DNA of 64,000 bases. Origin: a virus (taxonomy: Duplodnaviria > Heunggongvirae > Uroviricota > Caudoviricetes). The stretch is taken from IMG/VR virus record IMGVR_UViG_3300009784_000001, positions 278,418-342,417 of that record; one strand, given 5' to 3'. How positions within the stretch are numbered: position 1 is the stretch's first letter; each line of letters begins with the position of its first letter. A program made the translations under genes and the position numbers. Positions 36,790-47,812 of the stretch are shown piece by piece. The notes under the pieces are model-generated. The model worked only from the letters and a program-made list of their open reading frames with translations, ran no database searches and was not told the origin of the DNA.

Positions 36790-37537
36790 AAATCAAATAA
36801 TTAATGGGAATTGTTTGGGAATTATGAAAGAAATAAATGATGAAACTATACATCTTTGTTTCACTTCACCTCCTTACTATAATACCAAAAGTTATTCCCG
36901 ATATGCGACTTATGATTTATATCTTGAATTTTTAAGAGATGTTTTCAAAGAAGTTCATAGGATTACAAAAGAGGGAAGATTTTTTGTATTGAATATTTCT
37001 CCTGTTATAACTCCGAGATTATCTCGTTCTCATCAATCAACAAGACATCCAATTCCATTTGATTTACATCCATTATTACAAGATATTGGATGGGAATTTA
37101 TTGATGATATAATCTGGGTTAAGCCAGAAGCGAGTGTAAAAAATAGAAATGGGATATTTTCTCAATGTAGAAAACCATTAACTTATAAGCCAAATATAAT
37201 AACTGAATATTTATTAGTTTATAGAAAAAAGACTGATAAATTAATTGATTGGAATCTGAAACAATATGATAAATCTATTATTGAACAAAGTAAAATATTG
37301 GATGATTATGAAACTAATAATATTTGGTATATTCATCCAAAAGCTAACAAGCTACATCCTGCTGTATTTCCAGATGAATTAGCTGAAAAAGTTATTAAAT
37401 ATTACTCATTTATGGGAGATTTAGTATTTGATCCATTTTTAGGATCTGGAACCACTTGTAAAGTTGCTAAAAAGCTAAATAGGAATTATTTTGGTATTGA
37501 ATTAAATAAAGAATATTTTGAAACTATTAAAATATGA
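36782..37537 (+). CDS. DNA methyltransferase (N4/N6 family, TSPPY)
   Basis: TSPPY, HPAVFP, DPFLGSGTT. Confidence 0.9.
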   Translation: MFENQIINGNCLGIMKEINDETIHLCFTSPPYYNTKSYSRYATYDLYLEFLRDVFKEVHRITKEGRFFVLNISPVITPRLSRSHQSTRHPIPFDLHPLLQDIGWEFIDDIIWVKPEASVKNRNGIFSQCRKPLTYKPNIITEYLLVYRKKTDKLIDWNLKQYDKSIIEQSKILDDYETNNIWYIHPKANKLHPAVFPDELAEKVIKYYSFMGDLVFDPFLGSGTTCKVAKKLNRNYFGIELNKEYFETIKI

Positions 37538-37612
37538 AAATTTCAAATAAATCAAAGAAGTTAATATATGAAGTAATTAGTTTGGAGTAGCTCCATCAAT
37601 TTAATATAATAC

Positions 37613-37646
37613 AAAAAAAAGACTGAATTTTTTCAGTCTTTTTTTT
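37613..37646. terminator. bidirectional terminator
   Basis: aaaagactgaa/ttcagtctttt. Confidence 0.7.
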
Positions 37647-37664
37647 ATTATATTTTTATTTCTT

Positions 37665-38591
37665 TTAGAAACTTCCCCACATTAATTCTGCTGATAATCC
37701 ATTAGCTCCTACTGATAAAAGAACACCTGAATCATTAGCTGCCACTGCATTTGCAGTAGATGGATCAATTAATATTGCAACTCCATTTCCTCCTGCTGCT
37801 GTTAAAGCACCATTAGCATCAAGAGTTACATCTCCATATAATCCATTAGCCCCTTGATTTAAAGCGACTGTGTTAGTTGTACTAGTAGTTATATTTAATG
37901 CTGCTTTTAAACCTGTTGCTGAAGATAAAGCAACTGTATTTCCTTGTGCTGAATCTAATATTACATTAGCTGTCAAACCTGTTGTATCTTGTGCTAAGGC
38001 AACTGTACTTGTATTAGCTCCAAGTGTTAATCCTACTGTTAAACCACTTGCATTTGCAGATAAAGCAACTGCATTGTTTGGGGTAGCACTTGTAATTACT
38101 TCTGCTGTTAAATTATCAGTAGTGCTATTAAAACTTAAAGCAACAGTTTCTCCATTTTCAACATTAAGTGAAGGTAAAACAAATAATCCTCCATCAGTTC
38201 CAAACTTAAGGGCATTTCCAGTATCTGTGGATAAAGCAACTGCTAAACCATTGCTTCCACTATCTACTTTTAATCCCATATCTGGAGCTAAAACTACATC
38301 AACTTGTATATCTCCATTACCTGCAATTGTAGTAGTAGTTGCACTTCCATCTATTCCAGTTATAACAGGAACATCAACTGTGCTGCCATCTGCTTTTGTG
38401 AATGTTAATGATAATGTGTTACTTGTTACTGTAATTTCTGCATCTACAAATCCTTCTCCACCTGTATACCAATCTTGATTTTCTAATGATAAAATACCAT
38501 CTGTTAAGTTTACATAAAATGTTCCTGCATCACGAGAGCCTACTGCTGGAGCCATAGTAGTTCCTTTTTTAAATTTTACTAAATCTGCCAT
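37665..38591 (-). CDS. Ala/Gly/Thr-rich repeat structural (fibre-like) protein
   Basis: TVALS..GLTA.V repeats. Confidence 0.6.
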   Translation of the reverse strand: MADLVKFKKGTTMAPAVGSRDAGTFYVNLTDGILSLENQDWYTGGEGFVDAEITVTSNTLSLTFTKADGSTVDVPVITGIDGSATTTTIAGNGDIQVDVVLAPDMGLKVDSGSNGLAVALSTDTGNALKFGTDGGLFVLPSLNVENGETVALSFNSTTDNLTAEVITSATPNNAVALSANASGLTVGLTLGANTSTVALAQDTTGLTANVILDSAQGNTVALSSATGLKAALNITTSTTNTVALNQGANGLYGDVTLDANGALTAAGGNGVAILIDPSTANAVAANDSGVLLSVGANGLSAELMWGSF

Positions 38592-38684
38592 TTTTTTCTA
38601 TTTTTTTAATTTATTTATTTCTATTATATAAATAGTATTATTAATTAAAATATTTATATAAAGAAAAAAAAGTTTCTCATAAAT

Positions 38685-39770
38685 ATGGACATTTCTACTA
38701 TACAATTAAACAAATGGATGAGTTATTTGGATAACAACAAATCATTAACTGAATTATCTATTCCAGGTACTCATGATAGTTCTACATATAATACAACTAA
38801 TTCTTTATCAAAATGTCAAACTTATTCCATAGTAGATCAATTAAGTGTAGGAGTTAGATTTCTTGATTTAAGGGTTAGATATAGTAGTGGTAGTTTTGGA
38901 ATGTATCATGGAGTTGATAATTTAGGTGGTCTTACTTTTCAAAGTGTAATGACAGATGTAAAAACATTTTTGCAAAATAATCCAAGTGAAGTAGTTTTAT
39001 ATAGATTTATGAGGGAAGATAGTCAACAATTACTTCCTGATAATACAAATAATGATGATTTCTTTATTGCTCAATTACAAACTGAATTATCAAATGTTGG
39101 ATTAACATGGCATGATACTTCTACTGTGGCTGATTTAAAACTTGGAACTAATAGAGGAAGGGCTATAATTATTGAATATAATTCAAAAAATACAAATGCA
39201 GGTTTTAATATGGCTGCTTATGCTGTTAGAACAAGCCCATATAATTCTGGCTTTAGTAACTCTAGTTTTTTAACATCACAAATATCAGACAAATATCAAG
39301 ATTTAATAACGAATGCTATTCCTGCATTTGCAAAAAATAAATTTAGTAGGCTTGAATTAAATGCAGATGGTGGAACTCTTGTTTTAGGAGTACAAGTTCC
39401 TAATCCGCAACAATTTGTTCAAGCATTTGCTCCAGTATATTATCAAAATTTAAGACAATATTGCAGAAAAGGTCCAAATTATTTATGGTTTATAGATTTT
39501 GAAGAAATATTTGCAGGAACAGGAATTTTTTATCAAGAAATAATATTTAAAAACTTTGCTATGACAATCCCAACAAATTTAAAATTAATACTATCAGGGA
39601 ATATACCAACAACCACTGAACTTGAATTAGGACAAATGGCTATTGGTAAAATTGGTGGAAATCAGTATCTTTTCATGAATGATGATAATACTGTAACCTC
39701 AATTAATATAAATTCTCTTGCTACAACTGCTCAATTAAGCAGTTTACAAGGAGTTGCTCCATTAATATAA
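38685..39770 (+). CDS. PI-specific phospholipase C (PI-PLC X domain) protein
   Basis: WMS..LSIPGTHDS..CQ..QLSVGVRFLDLRV..MYHG. Confidence 0.85.
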   Translation: MDISTIQLNKWMSYLDNNKSLTELSIPGTHDSSTYNTTNSLSKCQTYSIVDQLSVGVRFLDLRVRYSSGSFGMYHGVDNLGGLTFQSVMTDVKTFLQNNPSEVVLYRFMREDSQQLLPDNTNNDDFFIAQLQTELSNVGLTWHDTSTVADLKLGTNRGRAIIIEYNSKNTNAGFNMAAYAVRTSPYNSGFSNSSFLTSQISDKYQDLITNAIPAFAKNKFSRLELNADGGTLVLGVQVPNPQQFVQAFAPVYYQNLRQYCRKGPNYLWFIDFEEIFAGTGIFYQEIIFKNFAMTIPTNLKLILSGNIPTTTELELGQMAIGKIGGNQYLFMNDDNTVTSININSLATTAQLSSLQGVAPLI

Positions 39771-39789
39771 GATATAAAAAAATAATAAA

Positions 39790-40593
39790 ATGCAAAAGAG
39801 AAAATTGAAAGTAGTTCTTGATCCAGCGCATGGTAATGATGTTGTAGGAAAATGTTCTCCTGATAAATCACATTATGAATGGATGTGGTCCAGAGAAAGG
39901 TGTAAAAATATAAAAGTACTTTTAGAAGAACAAGGTTTTGAAGTTTATTATAGTAATGATACTGATAAAGAAATAGGTTTATCTAAAAGAGTTTCAATCA
40001 CTAATGCTTTATGCAAAGGAAAGGAAAATGAGTTTATATTAATTTCTCTACATAATAATGCTGCTGGAATGGGAGATCAATGGATGACAGCAACTGGTTT
40101 TGAAAATTATATAACAGATAGAAATAATAAATCTAAAGATATAGCAAATACAATGTTATCTGAATTAGTAAAAGATTTTCCAACTATAAAAAATAGAGGA
40201 TTAAAAACAGCTAATTTCACTGTTATAACTGTTAATTGTTATTCTTTTTTACTTGAATTTTTATTTCAAGATAACAAGAATGATGTTGAATTACTAAAAG
40301 ATCCTAAAATTAATAAAATATTTGAAGAATGTATTAGAGATACATTTATAAAAATTGATGAGCAATTATTTGGTACATATTTGGAAATTAAAGAAGAACC
40401 ATCAGTAGAAATACCAGATAATTCTAGTAGTAATGAAATAAATAATATAAATGATGAAACAGTTGTAAAACCTTTAACACCACCATCTTTACCTGATAAT
40501 ACAATTAATACTAATTCACCGCAATCTAATAACATAATAACTATAATTCTTAATTTTTTGTCAAAACTTTTAAAAGGAATATTAGGGAAATAA
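39790..40593 (+). CDS. N-acetylmuramoyl-L-alanine amidase (Amidase_3) endolysin
   Basis: LDPAHG..E..LSKRV..ISLHNNA..LLEF. Confidence 0.85.
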   Translation: MQKRKLKVVLDPAHGNDVVGKCSPDKSHYEWMWSRERCKNIKVLLEEQGFEVYYSNDTDKEIGLSKRVSITNALCKGKENEFILISLHNNAAGMGDQWMTATGFENYITDRNNKSKDIANTMLSELVKDFPTIKNRGLKTANFTVITVNCYSFLLEFLFQDNKNDVELLKDPKINKIFEECIRDTFIKIDEQLFGTYLEIKEEPSVEIPDNSSSNEINNINDETVVKPLTPPSLPDNTINTNSPQSNNIITIILNFLSKLLKGILGK

Positions 40594-40610
40594 AATTTTT
40601 TTTAGTATTT

Positions 40611-40844
40611 TTGTTGATGAAAATATTAAATAATATGAAAACTTATTTTGATGTTGATGAGATAGCTTCTCTGAAATTAGAGGATGGATTTCTTTTTGTT
40701 AAGTTAATTATAAATTATAAAAATGGAAAAAAAGAAGTAATTAGAAGGTATAATGACATTTATAATACAGCTTATTATGAACTTGAAAATTTATATGATA
40801 ATTTATTAAAGAAAATTAATAAAAGAAAATGTCAGGGCAAATAA
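40611..40844 (+). CDS. hypothetical protein
   Basis: ORF track. Confidence 0.5.
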   Translation: MLMKILNNMKTYFDVDEIASLKLEDGFLFVKLIINYKNGKKEVIRRYNDIYNTAYYELENLYDNLLKKINKRKCQGK

Positions 40845-41227
40845 TAGTATATAATAAAAAAACTGAATCTCATCAATCTGATAAAAATAATTTTTATATT
40901 GGAAGAGGTAAAAATAGTATTTTAGGTAATCCTTTTACTCATATAAAAGATAAACAAACGTTAGCCCATTTTGTTGTTGATAGTAGGGACAAAGCTATTG
41001 AAAGATATGAACAATTATTACCTCAATGGTATAGAACAAAAAAAGATGTCTTTAATTTGATTAATAATTTGCATGAATTATATAAAAATGGAGAAACAAT
41101 TTATCTTGAATGTTATTGTCATCCATTAAAATGTCATGGTGATATAATAAAGGAATTTATTTTGAAAATGGATTTTAAAGAAAAATTTGTTAAAAGAATG
41201 GATTCTCTGCTTCAAGAAGAAAAATAA
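40829..41227 (+). CDS. DUF4326 protein
   Basis: YIGRG..LGNPF..LECYCHPLKCHGD. Confidence 0.85.
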   Translation: MSGQIIVYNKKTESHQSDKNNFYIGRGKNSILGNPFTHIKDKQTLAHFVVDSRDKAIERYEQLLPQWYRTKKDVFNLINNLHELYKNGETIYLECYCHPLKCHGDIIKEFILKMDFKEKFVKRMDSLLQEEK

Positions 41228-41531
41228 TGGTATTATTATGTTTTTTGCATATTTCAATAAAATTTAATACTTCTTCATTGGTTAATTCAAACCATTCATT
41301 TAATAAATGATTATTTTTGTAATGATTATGCAGCATTTTTTCTAATTTAAATGGATGTTCAGTTTTAAATACATGTGTAATTTCTAATTCATTAGGGTTT
41401 CCTGTTTGTAAAGTATCTTTTCGTTTAGTTGCATTAGTTTTACTACATCCAATTTTATAATTAGCTCTTATTATATTATTTTCATCTTTATTTTCTGTTC
41501 CAATTGAATGAATTAAATAAACAACTCCCAT
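41190..41531 (-). CDS. GIY-YIG (T5orf172/MUG113-like) protein
   Basis: VYLI..YKIG..LQTGNP..EKMLH..EWF. Confidence 0.85.
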   Translation of the reverse strand: MGVVYLIHSIGTENKDENNIIRANYKIGCSKTNATKRKDTLQTGNPNELEITHVFKTEHPFKLEKMLHNHYKNNHLLNEWFELTNEEVLNFIEICKKHNNTIIFLLEAENPFF

Positions 41532-41605
41532 CTCTTAAATTTATATAAATAATAACTTATTTTCTAAAAAAATAAATATTTATACTATATAAATATAAAA
41601 CAAAT

Positions 41606-41857
41606 ATGGCAACTTTAGTGAACAATTTTCCTTATCCTGATGGGATAGATTTAACCAAAGATCAACTTAATGGTGCAGGAGAACATCTACATAATTTATA
41701 TTCTTCCAGAGGTGATATGTATCAAAATTTATGGCAATCTCGTGATGATTTTCAATTATCCAATTTTTATGATTTTGGGCATTTTCAAGATTTGAATAAT
41801 TTTGATATTTTAAAATGGGGAAGGGGTGTAACTCCTAATTTTGCTAGTTATTTATAA
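41606..41857 (+). CDS. hypothetical protein
   Basis: ORF track. Confidence 0.55.
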   Translation: MATLVNNFPYPDGIDLTKDQLNGAGEHLHNLYSSRGDMYQNLWQSRDDFQLSNFYDFGHFQDLNNFDILKWGRGVTPNFASYL

Positions 41858-41970
41858 ATAAAGTATTATCATATATTTTGTCCTATTATCATTTTCTTCG
41901 ATAATAGTACTAAATGGGAAAGATGAATAGAGCATTTGTTTTTCTCATTTTTTTTATATAGTTTTGTATT

Positions 41971-42798
41971 ATGGAAGTTTTAAATAAAGACAAGTGGTTA
42001 TCTATTAATCAAAGAGAAGATGTTGAGGCATTAAGAAATTATATATTAAATAATTTCAAAGATTTATCTTTTAAAGAAAATACACACCAGTATTTTTTGA
42101 ATGGAAAAGAATTACAGAGTGTGACAAAATTAATTCATCGTTTTCAAATACCTTTTAATCAAAAAGAAAAGGCGCAAGAAACATTTGAAAGAAATTTTGA
42201 TAATCCTGAAAGTAAATATTATCAAAAGACTGTTAAAGAAATATTAACAGAATGGAAAAAAATAAATAAAGAATCTACTGATAAGGGACATAAAAATCAC
42301 AATATGGGTGAGAATTGTTTTTATTTATTAACAGAACAATATGACAAAATAGATAGAGAATTAGTAGATGGTAATTTAATTCCTTTAGATCAAGAAGAAG
42401 AAAATGTGATTAGATTTTTTAACGATTTACCACTTAATTATATTCCATTATTAGCAGAAGCAAGAGTTTATGAAGAAGAAAAAGAATATTCAGGTACATT
42501 TGATTTATTAATGGTTTATGATAATGGTAAAAAATTAAGCCAAAACTTGATCTTAGGAGATTTTAAAACCAATAAGGATTTATTCAAAAATTTTCAAGAA
42601 CAAAAATTATTATATCCATTTGAAAATTTATTAGATTCACCTTATTCAACATATATTATTCAATTATCAGCTTATCAAATTCCATTGAGTAATATTGGTT
42701 TAAAAGTCATAGATAGAAGATTAATATATTTAAGAGGAGAAAATTATAGTATGTACAGATTACCTGATGTTACACAAAAATTAATAAATGTTTTATGA
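41971..42798 (+). CDS. PD-(D/E)XK exonuclease
   Basis: HQY..SVT..G..H..E..SGTFDL..GDFKTN..YIIQLSAY. Confidence 0.8.
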   Translation: MEVLNKDKWLSINQREDVEALRNYILNNFKDLSFKENTHQYFLNGKELQSVTKLIHRFQIPFNQKEKAQETFERNFDNPESKYYQKTVKEILTEWKKINKESTDKGHKNHNMGENCFYLLTEQYDKIDRELVDGNLIPLDQEEENVIRFFNDLPLNYIPLLAEARVYEEEKEYSGTFDLLMVYDNGKKLSQNLILGDFKTNKDLFKNFQEQKLLYPFENLLDSPYSTYIIQLSAYQIPLSNIGLKVIDRRLIYLRGENYSMYRLPDVTQKLINVL

Positions 42799-43006
42799 TT
42801 ACATTTTTTTTTCTTTTTTTACTTATATCTTTAATATTGATTTTTTATGTAATGAAATTGTGTATAAAAGATTTTATCAAATTTTTTAAAGAAAATATTC
42901 ATTCTGGATTTTTATATATTCTGATATTGATATATTTGCTTATTGCTTTTATATACACAACAGCTACTTTTTCTTTTTTATATATAATGTATTTAATATT
43001 AAATAA

Positions 43007-43756
43007 ATGGTTATGTGTGAATTAAAAAATTGTGATATGTTTAGTGAAAAAGGTTTTTCTTCATTAAAAGATAAAAGTATTGATGCAGTTATAACAGATT
43101 TTCCTTATGGAACATTAAATAAGAGAAATGAATGGGATAAAGTAATTGATTTCAATGAATTTTGGAAAGAATTTAGAAGAATAAGAAAAGATACTACTCC
43201 TTTGATAACAACAGCTTGTATGCCATTTACAGCTTATTTAATATCTACTAATTACAAAGATTTCAAATATACTTTGGTTTGGGAAAAGAGCAAAGCAAGT
43301 GGATATCTTAATGCTAAAAAACAACCAATGAAAGCACATGAAGATATTGTTGTATTTTATAATAAACAATGCACTTATAATCCTCAAATGGTAGAAGGAG
43401 AACCTTATAATAAGGGGTTTGCTTTAAGAGATACAATGGCATACGGAAATCAAAAAGCTACTCTTGTTAAAAATGATACAGGATTAAGATATCCAAGAAG
43501 TATTCAATATTTTGTAACTGCTGAAAGAGAGGGAAAATTACATCCAACACAAAAACCGTTAGCTTTATATGATTGGTTAATTAAAACATATACTAATGAA
43601 GGAGATACAATATTAGATCCATGTATGGGTTCAGGTACAACAGCAATTGCTTGTATTATGAATAACAGGAATTTTATTGGATTTGAAAAAGAAAAAGAGT
43701 ATTTTTGTATTGCAGAGAAAAGAATAAATGACTATGAAAAGACAAGAATTAATTAA
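43007..43756 (+). CDS. DNA methyltransferase (N4/N6 family)
   Basis: TDFPYG, HPTQKP, DPCMGSGTT. Confidence 0.9.
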   Translation: MVMCELKNCDMFSEKGFSSLKDKSIDAVITDFPYGTLNKRNEWDKVIDFNEFWKEFRRIRKDTTPLITTACMPFTAYLISTNYKDFKYTLVWEKSKASGYLNAKKQPMKAHEDIVVFYNKQCTYNPQMVEGEPYNKGFALRDTMAYGNQKATLVKNDTGLRYPRSIQYFVTAEREGKLHPTQKPLALYDWLIKTYTNEGDTILDPCMGSGTTAIACIMNNRNFIGFEKEKEYFCIAEKRINDYEKTRIN

Positions 43757-43916
43757 AAAGGTAATTGATAAATTAAATGATCCTTCAACAAAGATTGATT
43801 GGAGCTCATTTGATAAAAGAATGTTTACTGATAATATGCTAAGATTATTCTGTAAACATCTTAATATAGAATTTAAGTATGAAACTCAAAATGGAACTGT
43901 TCAATGGTGATTATGT

Positions 43917-44906
43917 ATGAAATATCTGGGGTCTAAAAGGAAACTTGTAAAAGATATTCTTCCTATTATATTAGAAAATAAGGAAAAATATGATTATTAT
44001 ATAGAACCATTTTGTGGTTCTTTAGCTGTTATTCAAGAAGTAGAAGGAATTAAAAAAATTGCTTCTGATATAAATCCATTTTTAATTGCCATGTGGGAAT
44101 GTTTAAAACATTTTGAATATGAAGATAAAGAACTTCCTAAAATTGATAATTTTCTAGATTATCTTATATTAGTAAAAGGTGTTCTTAGCTTTACAAATAT
44201 GAAAATGAAAAGTAAAGATGAATGGGAATATTTTATAAATAAAGATGTGTATGATTATTATCGGAAAGAATATTATGAGTATAAAAATGAAAAATATAAT
44301 AATAATTTTTTAACTCATTATGCTATTATAGGCTTTGTAGGTTTTATGGCTTCTTTTAATGGGAGATTTTATTCAGGTGGTTATTCTGGAAAAACAGATA
44401 AAAGGAATTATATTGATGAACAAATAAGAAACACATTATCTCAAGTTTCTAAATTACATGATATAACTTTTATATGTAATAACTACATTGATTTATTTAA
44501 TAGATTATGCTTGAAAGATGGTATAAAATGTATAATTTACTGTGATCCGCCATATTTTAATACAAAGCAATATGAGTATTCAACAAAATTCAATTATAAT
44601 AAATTCTATGCTTTTTGTACTTATATGGCACAGAGAGGGCATAAAGTAATAATATCTGAATATAATTTACCCTCTTCACAGTTTGATATAATTTTTGAAA
44701 AAGAAGTTACAAATTCAATGAATACTACAATAACAAAAAAACCAATTGAAAAATTGTTTATTCCAAATAAAGATTATAAATTTGAAAATAAACTATTATT
44801 AAATACAATAAAAGTTGATGAACCTTATGCTAATGGAAGAATATATCCAAAAGAAGTATGGGAAAAAGCAGTTAATGAATATATAAAGAAAACTAGTAAT
44901 ATATAA
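43917..44906 (+). CDS. Dam-like (D12 class) adenine methyltransferase
   Basis: MKYLGSK, EPFCGS, YCDPPY. Confidence 0.9.
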   Translation: MKYLGSKRKLVKDILPIILENKEKYDYYIEPFCGSLAVIQEVEGIKKIASDINPFLIAMWECLKHFEYEDKELPKIDNFLDYLILVKGVLSFTNMKMKSKDEWEYFINKDVYDYYRKEYYEYKNEKYNNNFLTHYAIIGFVGFMASFNGRFYSGGYSGKTDKRNYIDEQIRNTLSQVSKLHDITFICNNYIDLFNRLCLKDGIKCIIYCDPPYFNTKQYEYSTKFNYNKFYAFCTYMAQRGHKVIISEYNLPSSQFDIIFEKEVTNSMNTTITKKPIEKLFIPNKDYKFENKLLLNTIKVDEPYANGRIYPKEVWEKAVNEYIKKTSNI

Positions 44907-45433
44907 TTTTATGGAAAAGAGAGAAATTACAGGTTGTTATTTTAGAGTAAAAAGAGATGAAAAATGGGTTAATATTTGTATTGAAGAATTAACAGAAGAT
45001 GAAAGAACTGAAATTCTTAAAGATAAAACAAATGAGTTTTTAATCAATACAATTCATTTATTATGTAATACTATCAATGATATTGCAGAACAATGTGATT
45101 TGACTACTGAATGGACAGTGGGTTATGTGTAAAAATAAAAAAAAAATATGCTTAGAAAATTAAGATATGATATTATTCATAGATTGGAAGATCCAAACTT
45201 TGAATTAAATAGTGAAGTAGAACAACATAAAATAATGGTTAATTTATTGGAAGATGGTATAAAAGAATTAAAAAAGTGTTGTCCTCATTCTCCTTATAAA
45301 ACGCATAAAGTTTCTGTTATTGAAAAAGAATATGATGAAGATAGATGGTATGTTGGAGAAATTATAATTGAAAAAGATCAATGTAACTTTTGTGGAAAAA
45401 TTGTGTGGATATGAAAATAATAAAATTTAATGA

Positions 45434-46198
45434 ATGAATAACAATTTTTTTGGTACAACTGAAACAGGAGAAATATCTTTTAATCTTGATTCATTTGATA
45501 ATTTATATGTAGGGAATCTAATTATTACAAAAAGATTATCAAATGGTCTTATTGATAGATTAATTGAAAATAAAGATAAATGTATTCTTCATTTAACAGT
45601 AACAGGTTTAGGAGAAAAATTAGAACCACTTGTACCTGATAAAGTAAAGAATTTTGATAAATTGGCTTTATTATTATCTAAAGGATTTCCATTGAAACAA
45701 GTAGTATTGCGTGTTGATCCAATTATAGTTACAAAAAAAGGAGTTGAAACTGCTATATCAGTAATTGATTATTTTTGTGGTGGAATTAAAATACCAAGAG
45801 TTAGAATATCCTTTCTAGATATGTATAAGCATGTAAAAGAAAGATTTAATGAAAATAATATTCCAATTCCTTATAATAGTTTTAACCCTCCTCAAAATAT
45901 GATTGATGATGCAATGTTACAATTGGTACATAAAAAGGTATTATATGGTTTTGAGTTAGAAAGTTGTGCAGAAAATATAAATGATAGATGGAAAGGATAT
46001 ATTGATACTTGTGGATGTGTTTCTCAAAAAGATGTTAATATATTAGGTATTCAAGATAAAATTCAATTGATAGGTATTGGTGATGGTAAACAAAGAAAAC
46101 AATGTCAATGTCCAAACAATAAAAAACAGATAATTAAGTGTAAACCAAATAGATGTGAACATCAATGTTTATATTGTTATTGGAAAGATGAAGAATAA
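45434..46198 (+). CDS. DUF1848-like Fe-S protein
   Basis: VLRVDPII, RKQCQC, CEHQCLYCYW. Confidence 0.7.
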   Translation: MNNNFFGTTETGEISFNLDSFDNLYVGNLIITKRLSNGLIDRLIENKDKCILHLTVTGLGEKLEPLVPDKVKNFDKLALLLSKGFPLKQVVLRVDPIIVTKKGVETAISVIDYFCGGIKIPRVRISFLDMYKHVKERFNENNIPIPYNSFNPPQNMIDDAMLQLVHKKVLYGFELESCAENINDRWKGYIDTCGCVSQKDVNILGIQDKIQLIGIGDGKQRKQCQCPNNKKQIIKCKPNRCEHQCLYCYWKDEE

Positions 46199-46199
46199 T

Positions 46200-46231
46200 T
46201 TTGTTTAATTGAAAAATTATTGTTATCTTTG
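46200..46231 (+). promoter_or_regulatory. Bacteroidota-type promoter
   Basis: TTTG...TATCTTTG. Confidence 0.7.
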
Positions 46232-46542
46232 TTTTCTGAATTATGTATAAAAATAAAATATGGGAACAAAAGAATTGAAAAAATTGTTTAATTCTGAAAC
46301 AGAATTTCTTGAATATAAAGGATTAATTTTTTCTATTAAAGATAATAATGAAGAAATAAAAAGATTAGAAAAAGAATTAAATTATCATTTAATATCTAGA
46401 TATAATAGAAAAATGCAATTACAAGAAATTTGTCCTCATATTGATACAAAAGTTACTAAAGATTATGAAGAAGGGGGTTATTTAGAAACTGGAAAATATG
46501 TTACCACAATTACTTGTAAAATATGTGATAAAGTATTAGATA

Positions 46543-47118
46543 TTGATATTAAAAGTACAGGTAGTTATGCTTGAAAAATTAAATAGAGTACATGTTTTAT
46601 GTCAATCAGATTTTGATCTTTTAATGAAAAATCATAATTTTACAGATGATAATATAGAAGAACAAAGGAATACTGCTTTTATTAGTATTATTGCTACTAA
46701 AAGCTGTAATGAAGAATATATAATAAAAAAACATGGAGTTGATACAAAACATTGGTTTAAAGAAAAACATTCTAATGTATTAAATTTAGAATTTGATGAT
46801 ATTGAAGAAGATTTAATATTTTCTAATGGGGTTGTATACAAAACAATTACAACAGAACAAGCTGATAAAATTATTGGTTTTATTGATAAAAATAATAATA
46901 AAGATTTTTTGATTCATTGTTATGCAGGAATAAGTCGTTCAGGGGCAGTTGCTTTATTTTTAAATGATTTTTATGATTGGATAGATAAAGAAACATTTCA
47001 ATTAGATTATGAAAATAGAATACATCCCAATCAAAAAGTTTATCATGAATTGAAAATGGCATTAGATAGATTTAATGGTATTGAAAATTATAAAGATATA
47101 TGGAATATAAACAATTAA
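46543..47118 (+). CDS. dual-specificity/tyrosine phosphatase
   Basis: IHCYAGISRS. Confidence 0.85.
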   Translation: MILKVQVVMLEKLNRVHVLCQSDFDLLMKNHNFTDDNIEEQRNTAFISIIATKSCNEEYIIKKHGVDTKHWFKEKHSNVLNLEFDDIEEDLIFSNGVVYKTITTEQADKIIGFIDKNNNKDFLIHCYAGISRSGAVALFLNDFYDWIDKETFQLDYENRIHPNQKVYHELKMALDRFNGIENYKDIWNINN

Positions 47119-47131
47119 AAATTAATAATAT

Positions 47132-47572
47132 ATGACTATTGCTATAGATTTTGATGGCACTGTTGTTACTCATGATTATCCAGAGGTTGGTAAAGATATA
47201 GGTGCGGTTTCTGTATTAAAAAAATTAGTTGAAAAAGGTCATCAATTAATTTTATATACTATGCGTTCTCATAAAGAAGAAGAGGTAAGATATACTTTTG
47301 TAGATGGAAATAATAAAATTAGAGAAATAAATAAGACAATAGATACACTTCAAGATGCTATTGATTGGTTTAAAAAGAATGAAATTCCTTTATATGGGAT
47401 AAATGAAAATCCTACGCAAAAAGAATGGACAGATTCTTCCAAAGTTTATGCAAATCTTTATATTGATGATTCAGCACTTGGATGCCCTTTAATTTATGAA
47501 GAAATGGAATTAAGACCTTATGTGGATTGGGAAAAAGTTGAATATGAACTTAAAAAAATAAATATATTATGA
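47132..47572 (+). CDS. HAD-family phosphatase
   Basis: IAIDFDGT..YIDD. Confidence 0.85.
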   Translation: MTIAIDFDGTVVTHDYPEVGKDIGAVSVLKKLVEKGHQLILYTMRSHKEEEVRYTFVDGNNKIREINKTIDTLQDAIDWFKKNEIPLYGINENPTQKEWTDSSKVYANLYIDDSALGCPLIYEEMELRPYVDWEKVEYELKKINIL

Positions 47573-47812
47573 AAAAAGCAGAAATAAAAGATTTGGCAGG
47601 AAAACGATATGAATTTATTAAAGAATATAATAAAATTCCTGTTGGTTCTATATTGGGAGTTAATCCAATTGGAGAGATGATAACGTTCAATGGTGGATTG
47701 TGTGATAGTGCTTCTCAAACAGCATTTACTTCTTTAGTATTAAATGAAGTAAATAATAAATTCAATTATTTAAGAGAAGTAAATCAAATTCATAATCAAA
47801 TTTGAAAAAGAA

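Noticed and set aside
37870-38478. 202-aa plus-strand ORF
   Set aside because: Antisense shadow of the repeat-rich fibre gene.
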